Assembly: GCA_900617105.1 (NCBI GenBank)
Contig: UYFQ01000694.1
Span: 1-32,394 of the forward strand
Direction: 5' to 3'
Source: Hydrurus foetidus
Taxonomy: Eukaryota
Length of the DNA: 32,394 bases
In this document: piece after piece, positions 22,771-32,394 of the stretch
How positions within the stretch are numbered: the first letter of the stretch is position 1
How the letters are laid out: each line of letters starts with the position of its first letter
Position numbers and translations under genes: made by a program
Notes under the pieces: model-generated
What the model saw: only the letters and a program-made list of their open reading frames with translations
What the model was told of the DNA's origin: nothing
Database searches by the model: none

Positions 22771-23806
22771 CTGTATGCAGGGGCCTGGATCGCACCTGCT
22801 ATCTGAGTGTCAATGTTGTAGACATAGGCATTATCTTTCAATCACACATTGAAATCATACACACGGTGTGCTTCATGGTTAACGTTAACCCTAACCAAGA
22901 AATCGATTTAATTGTGGGTCGGACAACCCTAGCGATAAATAATTTTAACATTTTGACACCATCCGCTTTGGCTTTCAAAGCACCGTCCGCACCACAACCG
23001 CCACCTTTGGCAACTCAAAAGCCCGTCTCGGACAAACCGGATAAGTCCCCTAAGGACTACTCCCGTAAGACGGCCAAGGCGAAATCGCTATCCTTTAAGG
23101 TGATTGCTTCGACACCAGCTGTCGCTGACGCGGAGACGTTGCCAGCACGTACTCCTGAGAAGTTGAACCCCTCACAGCGCAAGAAAGCAGCAAAGGAGAG
23201 AGCGAAACTCGCAGAGAAAATGAAGGCTAAGTATGGTCTCCCACCATCTACCATAGACTATGTAGTTGCATCTTTGGTACCCGTCACCGACACTCAGCAG
23301 ACTATATGCTCGCCAGATTGTAAGTGTGCAGCCCACAACAGTCTAGCTAACCGCCCGGCTCGTGGCAACGAGGATCGTCAGCTTCCAGGCAACGTAGTTG
23401 CTGCCTTGGCTGTACGTACGGACGATACACCGCGTCCGGGTGTCGACCTCCCTCACACCCCTTCGCACACACCACTTATAACAATCGAAGATATTCTCCA
23501 CCCTGTCTGCGTTAAGCCCAGTGGTATCATAGTCTCCGTCGATGAGATTGATAATGAGAAAGTCGACACTTTCGGTGCTTTCTTCAGCAACAACAAGGAT
23601 CTTCATGGAGGGGAGGACGACACCAAAGCCTTCTCAGAACAATTTGTGTTCGCGGGTAGTGAGACCCAAGTACACAGATTAAAAGATCTTGTCATGGAAT
23701 ACCGAGACATCTTCAGCGATGTACTCGCAGAAAGAGCAGCGGACCTAACCCCGTTCCGGTTTAATGTGGAGGAACCCCTCTGGGAGACCCCAGGGAACAG
23801 GACCCC
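22767..23806 (+). pseudogene. pol: Protease C-terminus + long linker, ending at the RT deletion junction
   Basis: TVCRGLD, IDLIVGR, SVDEIDNEKVDTF and EYRDIFSD match Gypsy-A; homology stops at NRTP. Confidence 0.85.
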
Positions 23807-25555
23807 AGGCTGTATACGGACGCCTCCGACTACGGTATAGGCGGTGTATTATTCCAGATCGTTGACGATATTTGGCGACCGATATCCTTCGTCAGCAAGT
23901 CTTTCAACGCCACACAATCTCGTTGGTCAACGATACAGAAGGAGGCATACGCAATCTTCCATTGCTGCCAGCAGATGGACACTCTCCTCCGCGACCTGGT
24001 GTTCACTATACACACAGATCACCTGAATCTGACGTATATGACCAACAATCCCAACTCGATGGTTACTCGCTGGTCCATAGCGATGCAGGAACTAGATTTC
24101 AAGATTCACTTCGTGCCAGGCTCCCAGAACAAATGGGCGGACACCCTGTCACGCCTGTGTCCCAACCTTATGGAACTCGCCATGGATTACACCCCTAGGG
24201 TCATGGACGCCCCAGGTTTTATAGTAGCAGCACTGACCACATGCCCACTAGCTTCGGAGGAAGAATCGGAGTGGATGGAGCAAGCCCACAACTTCCGCGT
24301 CGGTCATGGCGGCGTAGACCGAACGATGCATAAGCTTGGTCTCATGGGCCGTTCTTGGCCGTACATGCGCAACCACGTCCGGTTATTCGTACGGTACTGT
24401 CCGTGCTGCCAGAAGATGAGTGCGGTACGCATTCCAATCAACGTACATAAGTTCACGACGGCAGGCGAGGTACTATTCGATGTTCTCAACATCGACTTCA
24501 TCGGTCCATTCCCCGACGGCACACACGTGCTAGTCATAGTGGACTCATTTTCAAGATGGACAGAGCTGTTCCACTGCAAGGACAGCACGGCAGAGTCGGC
24601 ATGCCGCTGTCTCTTGGAACACTTCGGTCGTTTCGGTTCTCCCAACCTGATACGCTCCGATCGCGGACCACATTTTGCCAACGAACTCATAGAGAAATTT
24701 CTCTTGGCGGTTGGAACACCGCACAACCTCACACTAGCCTATTCGAAGGAGGAAAACTCCATCGTGGAGCGGGTCAACAAGGAGGTTAACCGCCACTTGC
24801 GCTCGTTTGTGTTCGAGACACTCGAGATGGACCAATACAAGCTTTGCCTCCCCTTTGTCCAACGGATCATGAACAGCTCGGTTCATGGCTCCACGGGAGT
24901 GTCACCGGGTAACCTGCTCTTCGGCAACCGCTTGGATCTGAACAGAGGCATCCTCACGCCCTTTCAACCAGCCCTTCCATCTAAGACTCCGGGCTCACGC
25001 ATCATGGCTGACATGATTAACGCTCAGGATACGACGCACAGGACAGTCCAAGAAATGGCGCAGGAACACGCGGCACAGCGCTTAACGGATCAGCCGGATC
25101 CAACCGTTTTCCCCGTCGGTTCGTACGTACTAGCGCAGTACGCTACAGGTCCCCCTACGCGACTACACACACGCTGGCAAGGTCCGATGGAGGTGATTTC
25201 CCATCGCGATTCGGAGTATGTACTCCTGAACATCGTCTCTAAGAAGACTAAAAGAATCCACGCTTCAAAGCTCAAGATATTCCTGTTCGATCCGGCCAGG
25301 ATCGAACCCATGGACTCAGCCCGACGCGACTACATGGAGTTCTATATCGAGGCGATCACTGCCCACAAAGGCAACACCAGGAAGGTCTCCACGTTGACCT
25401 TCCTCGTCAAGTGGCTTAATTACAGCGAGGAACACAACTCATGGGAGCCATGGAGTGCTCTGAGACTCACGGACCAGCTACACACCTACCTCAAGAGCGC
25501 CGGACTGAAGGCGCTGGTTCCGCACAACCTGCGTGGCGAAGATATGCCGGTGTGA
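23807..25555 (+). pseudogene. pol: Gypsy-D RNase H + integrase + chromodomain (open frame from 23807)
   Basis: RLYTDASDYGIGGVL from 23807 is in frame with ORF 23975-25555; IDFIGPF, SDRGPHF, VERVN, WQGPM, VKWLNYSEEHNSWEP. Confidence 0.93.
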
Positions 25556-25830
25556 GATTTTTCTCAAAATTTAGCCATTTTTTCACCCTACGTGGGTTTT
25601 ACGGTTTTAGTCAGTGAAACCTGACATACTCACACCCGGTCAAGATCGCTGCTGTCGGACGCACGGACACTCCCGGGGAGGACCTCGTCCCAAACTCTCT
25701 TTTAGTCTAGTCATTTGCATCATTTTTCACAACCTTGATGTATTTTTCTGCTTTAATGTTAGTTCAATATTTTTTATCCTTAGTTACAGTTAAGTAGTCA
25801 AAAGAGAGAAGCGAGACTAAGGTCTTTTCG

Positions 25831-25850
25831 AAAGGAGTAAGTGGGGGTAA
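25831..25850 (+). promoter_or_regulatory. Polypurine tract of Gypsy-D
   Basis: AAAGGAGTAAGTGGGGGTAA directly before the 3' LTR. Confidence 0.8.
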
Positions 25851-26067
25851 TGTGACGGTACAGGATTTAGTACCACATTCCTACCCTCCGTAGTACCGTA
25901 TAGCCGTCCGTACATGTGGCTGAGAGTCCTTCTGACATCTCGCAGCTTGTTAGTTACCTTGCAACGCTTTGCATGCAGAGTTTTACACCTCTGCAAGCTC
26001 ACCCACCACTCCTTTCCGTTGTAAGCTAAACTACCTTCCTGCCTCTCCTAGCTTCATTTGGACTACA
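25851..26067 (+). repeat. 3' LTR of Gypsy-D
   Basis: Direct repeat of 19941-20157. Confidence 0.97.
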
Positions 26068-26071
26068 AACC

Positions 26072-26398
26072 CTCCCTACCTGAAACTCCTGCAAATAACT
26101 CACCACTAATCCTACGACTAAAATATAAAAGCTAAACCAAACCCTAACCAAACCCGGCGTTCTTCGACGCCACAATTAAAGAGGAAAATATCGTCCAAAT
26201 TTGAAGCAATTTTTAAGCTAATTATTAAGCAACAAACAGTCGAACGTCCTCAATTAAAAGCACTGTTCAGCACTCGGGCGATTGAGCTTTTCAGGCCTCG
26301 GATTTTCCGGATAATTTGAGCCCTCGGGCTGCGCCCTCTGGCTCAAAAATTCCGGAAAAATCTCTGCCCGAAAAAGCAGAGGCGAAAATAGCTATTCA
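26072..26398 (+). mobile_element. 3' part of the Crypton-like element: last codons of the YR ORF (stop 26133-26135) and subterminal hairpin 26286-26378
   Basis: Removing Gypsy-D and one TSD restores the frame ...VAHQP-SLPETPANNSPLILRLKYKS*. Imperfect inverted repeat GATTTTCCGGATAATTTGAGCC / GGCTCAAAAATTCCGGAAAAATC around CTCGGGCTGCGCCCTC. Confidence 0.72.
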
Positions 26399-26666
26399 TG
26401 TTAAGATATCCGGATTAGACTAGGATTTTGTACCCTGTGTGATGTATGATTGGGGTGTACGTACATTCAGTGATAACATTGACCGCAACCCTCGCACTCA
26501 TGTTATGCTACCTAGATGTAATCGACAGCATGTCACTATCGTTTAATCCAACTTACCGAATAGAACATTGTCTACTCTTCTGAGCGAGCGTTGCTAGCAG
26601 TCGGAAGTGCAGGGATCGTTTGGGAACTCGGAAGAAATTCCGTGTGAATCGCCCAGATTTCCAACA
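26399..26666 (+). repeat. 5' LTR of Copia-E
   Basis: TGTT...CCAACA; matches 32120-32394 with about 12 substitutions and two indels (11 and 4 bp). Confidence 0.93.
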
Positions 26667-26721
26667 TAAACGACAGTCATCCTTAGATAGCTTAGCTAGA
26701 AGTTGCAAAAATTTTGCAAGG

Positions 26722-27880
26722 ATGAGAGGACGAGGCGATGGAAGATTCCAGTCCCGTGGCGGGGGCAGGGGTCGATATGGTAGGGGGCAAGGCGAGCCCC
26801 ATAAACCCATATCTAAAGGTTGGAAGCCCGAGGTAGGTGCTTACCTGGATTTGCCGCGAGGACAAGCGGCAGATCCAGAATCTGTGTTGAAATGGCTCGA
26901 ATGTTTTCGAGTATATATGTACAGTACTTATGAATCTACTGTAAAAGAAATAATAGGTATCGACGGGATCCTCTACGACTACGTAGAGCAGGTGGAACCT
27001 GCGGACCCGCCTGAAGGAGCAGGACTGGTCGCCATAGAGCGATGGAAAACTGCACGTAAGAAATATGAAGCTGCATCTGAATTGCTTATAAAAGACTGTG
27101 CCAAATTGTATGGTGTACTACTAGGTCAAATGTCAGAGGCGTCGCAGACGCGGGTGAATGAAATGCCCGCGGGAAAGAGAGCGATGGAGGAATGCGATCC
27201 CCTAGGTCTGTTGACATGTGTGGTGGCAACAAAAGGTATGGAGAAACGTACAAAATTATTACAGCAGTTAGAAACTTTTATTATAATAAAATGACTCAAC
27301 ACGAAGATGTAGCAGCTTACTATAGTAGGTGCCGGACTTTGCTATTTGTCAAGAGCGAAGCCTACATGTTGGCAGACGAAGACGCACCAGAACACACAGA
27401 TGAGTTCCATGCTGTCTTATTTGTAAGTGCACTGAATTCAAACTATTCAATACGTTAAAAAATAAGGTTCGGTCATGGCCGCAGACCATGACCGATGCCA
27501 ACCAGGACGCGGCCAACTTCCTCATGGGAAGGCCCGTCCACGGAGGAGCTCCCCCGAACTCGGAGAAATGAGTCGTTATCGCGGCCAGTCGGGGTGGGAG
27601 GGCGGGTTCCGGAGGCAGAGGAGGCAGGGGCCGCGGCAGTAATCAGGGATCTGAGAAGGGAGGGTACGATACCCCCGGCAGCGATAGTACGGCGAGGGCA
27701 GGCACTCCCTATAGGGATAGGGAGGCCACCCCGCAGAGAGAGAGAGGTGGTGCCGTACAGGAGTACGGTACACGATACGGAGCGTGCAACAACTGCGGGG
27801 AGGAGGGCCACTATGCGTACGAGTGTAAGAAGCCGCCGAGGAAGAACGCACCTGCGCGTCACCCTTCCTCGGAAAAGTAA
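26722..27880 (+). pseudogene. gag: Copia-E gag (RGG-rich ends, CCHC knuckle); frameshifts at ~27230 and ~27455, premature TGA at 27569
   Basis: KLYGVLLGQMSEAS, DPLGLL, WPQTMTDA. The knuckle CNNCGEEGHYAYEC at 27785-27826 lies in a frame not shown in the ORF track and ends GAA AAG TAA at 27880. Confidence 0.85.
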
Positions 27881-30155
27881 GTCCCTTATATGTTTTTTAC
27901 CTGATTCACTAGCTAAGGATGTAAATGTTCCGTGTGGGGAAACCGGACTGCATGACGTATTTGCAACGTCGACCGGTTACCCTGCGTTTGTGCCATTGTT
28001 AGATAAAGCATGCAGCTTGGAGAATTTTTGTCCACTGAACAGTAAAAATTGTGGGGGTGACCCTGTGATTTTTAGTGCGAATGTATATACACACAGTTCC
28101 ACATTTACACAGAGACAAGTGTTGTTAGATACATGTGCAGCAGAGTCAGTATTTTGTAGTGGAGATTTATTTTATAGTATTATGCCGTCCGCTACCCCGA
28201 TGATTATTAATGGAGTGAACCCTCAGGGGGAACCCTTGATAATCATGGAGTGTGGCGAGACGGACTTCGGAACAGTTTACTACGATAGCAATTGTATAGC
28301 AAATATATTATCCTTCGGCAACATAGTCAGCGTGAGCGAGTCAGTTAGCTATGACAGTGACCAGGATTGTTACAAAGTTAGGATGATTAAGTCAGGACCT
28401 GTATATAGATTTGTCCATGATCAGTCTACGAACATATATCTATGCGACTTAGACAGAAATGTCAGTTACAAGAATGTATCGTTCGATAAATCGATCATGG
28501 TCATGACAGTTAAGGATAAGAAGAAACTGTACACAGCTAGACAAGTTAAGTCAGCAGAGTTAGCTAGAGAGTATCAGAGAAAGTTAGGTTACGCCAGCCC
28601 AGGACAGTTAATTAAATTAATAGGTCAGGGGAAATTAGATAAGAGTGACATAACAGCACAAGATGTAGTTAGAGCATTAGATATTTTTGGACCAGATTTG
28701 GGTTCCCTTAAGGGGAAAACAACTAGTCACAAAACTGAGTTAGAGGAAGAGATGCCAGTTGTAGATAGGCAGTTCCTGAACCAGGTTATGTACATAGATT
28801 TGATGTTTGTGAACTCGATACCCTATCTAGTCACTGTTACAAATCCCTTAGAATATGTGATGATATGTAAACTCTCACGCAAAAACAAGTCTTCCTTGTG
28901 GATGAACTTAGAGAGCAACATACATCACATTACTAAGTATGGATTTAAGATAACTATGATAAGAATAGACGGAGAGTCGGCAGTTAACACTTTAAGTTTT
29001 GAGAGTAAGCTAGCCGCACTAGGTATTATATTAGACAGTACTGGAGCAGGAGAAGCAGTAGCTGTAGTTGAGAGGAAGATTAGAGTGATCAAGGAACGTG
29101 TTCGTGCCATCATCAACACGGTACCTTTTTCACTGAGTGAGCTACTAGAAAGTTGGTTACTTAGATATGTTGTGAACAGATTAAATTTAGTACCAACTAG
29201 AAACAGTGTAGCTTACGTCAGCCCCAGAGAGAAATTATACGGTAGAAAGATTAACGTAGATAAGGAGTTGAAACACGGTTTCGGTGATTACGTACAAGTA
29301 CATACCGATTCCGTGGACAACTCGACTAAACCCAGATCACAGGCAGCAATAGCATTAGTTAGTGCAGGCAACCTAGAAGGTTCATGGTATTATCTGCTGT
29401 TAGCTAACTTAAAAGTAGTAAAGAGGACAAAGGCTACTAGCCTACCAATGACAGATGATGTGATCAGTTACCTCGATAAGTTAGCATCTGAGAGGAAATT
29501 AAATATGTCAGTGAATGTCAAGCAACCTATTTTCGAACAGAGTAATCAAATCCTCGAAGACGATGGAAATGATTACTCCAACGATGAATTTGAGTTGCAG
29601 ACACCTGACATGATAACACCGTATAGTTATCCTACAGAAGACGAATTTGTGCATCATGAGATAGCAAATAATTTTGACTCATACGATGGCAATTCTGATG
29701 TAGCTTACGAATCAGAGTTCGAACAATTAACAGAATACATACCAAATGATATATACGTTAATGAAGGAGAGGATGTAGTGTATGACGATACACCAACTGA
29801 CCCCGATGCATTAATGAATGATATATTTGGTGTAGACAGTGATGATGAGGTAGATACCCCCACCACAGAAAATAGCAAGTCAGAGGAAATTCTAGATAAA
29901 CAACCCAGACGTAGTGCTAGAAACCATCAGCCAGGTAGATGGAACAAGAGATTAGTAGGTTTAAGTATACCTAGCTACAAAGATTCAGTTATGTGTAAGT
30001 ACATGATGAACATGACCGTAACAGAGGGAGTACAGAAATTAGGCGAGATAGCCGTAGATTCCATTAAAAAGAGTTACAACAGATGTGTGATAAGAATGTG
30101 TGGGAGGCAGTTCACCTCAACAGTCTTAGTTACAATCAGAGGAAAAGTATCATAA
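27877..30155 (+). pseudogene. pol: Copia-E protease, GAG-pre-integrase, integrase, acidic linker
   Basis: VLLDTCA; YIDLMFV / IRIDGE / VVERKIRVIKER (DDE); SPREK; FGDY. Confidence 0.9.
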
Positions 30156-31608
30156 CCAGCAGTATGTTTTTAAAAGATAAGTATACAGCAGATGGTAAAT
30201 TTGATAAGCTAAAATCTAGACTTGTAGCAGGAGGTCACTTGCAAGATAGAAATATATATGATAACGGTTCATCACCAACTGTTAGCACCACTAGCGTATT
30301 TATTGTTGCTGCAATTGCTGCTAGTGAAAATCGAGCGGTCGCTACGATCGATTTTCCTGGTGCATTCCTCAACAGTGATATGCCACTAGACGGTGACCAT
30401 GCAGTGCTGATGAGACTGAATAAATATTTGACTAACATATTAGTTAGCATTGACAAGTCTTATCAGAAGTATGTAAATGAGAAAGGAACAGTAGTAGTTA
30501 AGCTTAAGAAAGCATTATATGGATGTGTAGAGTCAGCTAAGTTATGGTATGATAAAATATCATCAGATTTAACACAGCTAGGCTATAAGGTAAATCCATC
30601 AGACATATGTGTATTCAATAGGACTGAGCTAGATTCCACTCAGACTACTTTAGTTATCCATGTTGACGATATGATGATCAGCAGTAGGGATGAGAAGCGT
30701 ATAGATAGTATAATTTCAGAGATAGAAAACTATACCCAGGCTTGACTAAGAGTAGAGGTAGAGTGTTGAATTATATAGGTATGACTTTTAACTTTGAGCA
30801 GTTAGGCAGAGTTGTCATATCCATGGAAGGTTTCATAAAAGACTTGTTAGACGATTGCATAGAGATTGTGGGGGTGTCTAGAACACCTGCCGACGATAAT
30901 CTATTTAAGATCGATCTTAACAGTCCTTTATTGAAAGATAAAGAACGTGAGAGATTCCACTCACTAACAGCTAAGTTGTTATATTTAAGTAAGAGAACCA
31001 GACCAGACATACTGACATGTATAGCATATCTAACTAAAAGAGTCCTAGAACCTAGAACCGACGACTGGAATAAGTTAGCGCATACTATACGGTATATCAG
31101 AGAGACTAGAGCTACGCCGCTGACCCTAGAGGTAGATACTCCGGTTAAGGTTATAGCCTATATAGATGCATCATACGCTGTACATGCAGATAAGAAGAGT
31201 CACACTGGCTGTATTATAACACTAGGTAAGGGAGCAATATATGGTAAGAGTTCCACTCAGAAATTAAATACTACGTCTAGCACAGAGGCAGAACTAGTAG
31301 CTATGACTGAAGCAGGTAATCAGGTTTTATGGACTAGGAATTTCCTTATCCATCAAGAGTATGAGGTAGGTCCAGCTTTAATCTACCAAGATAACCTATC
31401 CACAATTCAGTTAGTTAAGAACGGTAGGTCAAACAGTGAAAGAACTAGACACATAGACATCAAGTTTTTCTTCCTGCATGACCGAATTAAATCAGACCAT
31501 ATTATTGTAACCTACAAGAGTACTAAAGAAATGATTGCAGATTTGCTGACCAAGCCACTGCAGGGGAAGCTATTCCAAGAGCTACGTGACCAAGTGCTCA
31601 ATGTATAA
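30083..31608 (+). pseudogene. pol: Copia-E reverse transcriptase and RNase H (frameshifts at ~30070 and ~30730)
   Basis: KLKSRLVAGG, IDFPGAFL, KLKKALYG, IHVDD, RTRPDI, YIDAS, SSTEAELVA, QDN, MIADLLTKPL. Confidence 0.94.
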
Positions 31609-32110
31609 AGAAATTCAGGGGAGTTATTTATTGATTTTGACTTACCCACTTATAGCGCTTTTTCCAGATAAATTACAAAATAAAAATAAAAATCTGATTT
31701 CGCTTTAAATCAACATTTGTTTGATAGGACCGCGAGGGACATCGATGCACCGCTTTTGCGACATCGAATGTCGACGTTTTAGCGGATTTAAGGGCACCAA
31801 CATCGGTTGGATCGAACTCGAGACCGGTCACCAGCTGACGCTTGTTTGACGGTTTAGAAATAGTTTTTCTCGAGTAATACCTATTCACTCATCCAACCGC
31901 CCATGTTTTATTTTACAACACATCACGATGAAACTTGTCAATATTAAAAAATTCCGTGAAAAATATTTTTAAGAAAATTTACTGTTTACCATACCCTAAC
32001 ACTAAGTTCCCTATCTGAGTGTTGTGTGAAACATTATGAACAATAACCAATAAGTATACTATATTAGCATATGCTAATTAACATATTCACTTATTCAAAC
32101 AATAACCATC

Positions 32111-32119
32111 ATGGGGGTG
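32111..32119 (+). promoter_or_regulatory. Polypurine tract of Copia-E (ATGGGGGTG)
   Basis: Directly precedes TGTTGG of the 3' LTR. Confidence 0.8.
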
Positions 32120-32394
32120 TGTTGGGATATCCGGATTAGACTAGGATCTTGTACCCTGTGTGATGTATGATTATTTTCATGCACGGGTGTACGTACATTC
32201 AGCGATAACATTGACCGCAACCCTCGCACTCATGTTATGCTACCTAGATGTAATCGACAGCATGTCACGTTTAATCCAACTTACCGAATAGAACGTCTTC
32301 TTCTCTTTTGAGCAAGCGTTGCTAGCAGTCGGAAGTGCAGGGATCGTTTGGGAACTCGGAAGAAATTCCGTGTAAATCGCCCAGATTTCCAACA
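32120..32394 (+). repeat. 3' LTR of Copia-E (ends at the last base of the window)
   Basis: TGTTGG...CCAACA terminal inverted repeat; direct repeat of 26399-26666. Confidence 0.93.

Larger units (their letters stand above)
19941..26067 (+). mobile_element. Gypsy-D: chromovirus LTR retrotransposon with both LTRs, AACC TSD, and RT deleted
   Basis: 217-bp LTRs TG..CA; AACC at 19937-19940 and 26068-26071; gag-PR-(no RT)-RH-IN-chromo. Confidence 0.95.
26399..32394 (+). mobile_element. Copia-E: full-length Ty1/Copia LTR retrotransposon, frameshifted
   Basis: LTRs at 26399-26666 and 32120-32394; gag-PR-IN-RT-RH order; PPT present. Confidence 0.95.

Noticed and set aside
18854..25555. DIRS-like element (YR next to gag/RH)
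   Set aside because: The gag/RH/IN part is a separate Gypsy bounded by its own LTRs and AACC TSD, inserted into the YR gene.
27495..27876. N-terminal 127 aa of the 886-aa ORF as real protein
   Set aside because: It is a shadow frame; the RGG/CCHC Gag is in the overlapping frame.
31800..31830. tRNA/SINE B-box-like GAGTTCGATCC on the minus strand
   Set aside because: No T-stem pairing, A-box or cloverleaf could be built.
456..31888. Numerous short antisense or overlapping ORFs in the ORF track
   Set aside because: They are shadows of retroelement coding frames with no independent motifs.

Overview
This is a eukaryotic transposon nest with no recognisable host gene. The host may be a protist or alga (stramenopile-like), but that is not provable from this window. 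From left to right it contains: (A) a chromodomain Ty3/Gypsy element on the minus strand (1-6317, 3' LTR outside the window), inserted into the gag end of (B) a Copia element (6318-8780); (C) a near full-length, frameshifted Copia related to B (8944-16292), where B and C share a tRNAi-Met-type PBS and carry CCCH instead of CCHC zinc fingers in Gag; a ~1.85 kb non-autonomous TIR DNA element (16658-18512); and a Crypton-like tyrosine-recombinase element with hairpins at both ends (~18600-26398), split by (D) a Gypsy chromovirus with both LTRs, a 4-bp TSD and a clean deletion of its RT (19941-26067) and followed by (E) a full-length Copia (26399-32394). All coding regions carry frameshifts or stops. 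The most notable observation is that three LTR elements lack a tRNA primer-binding site. Copia E has an 11-nt PBS complementary to its own predicted transcript 5' end (Tf1-like self-priming), and both Gypsies have a 12-bp palindrome where the PBS should be. Copia E also has a gag stop embedded in a GTAAGT splice donor, with pol in the +1 frame.
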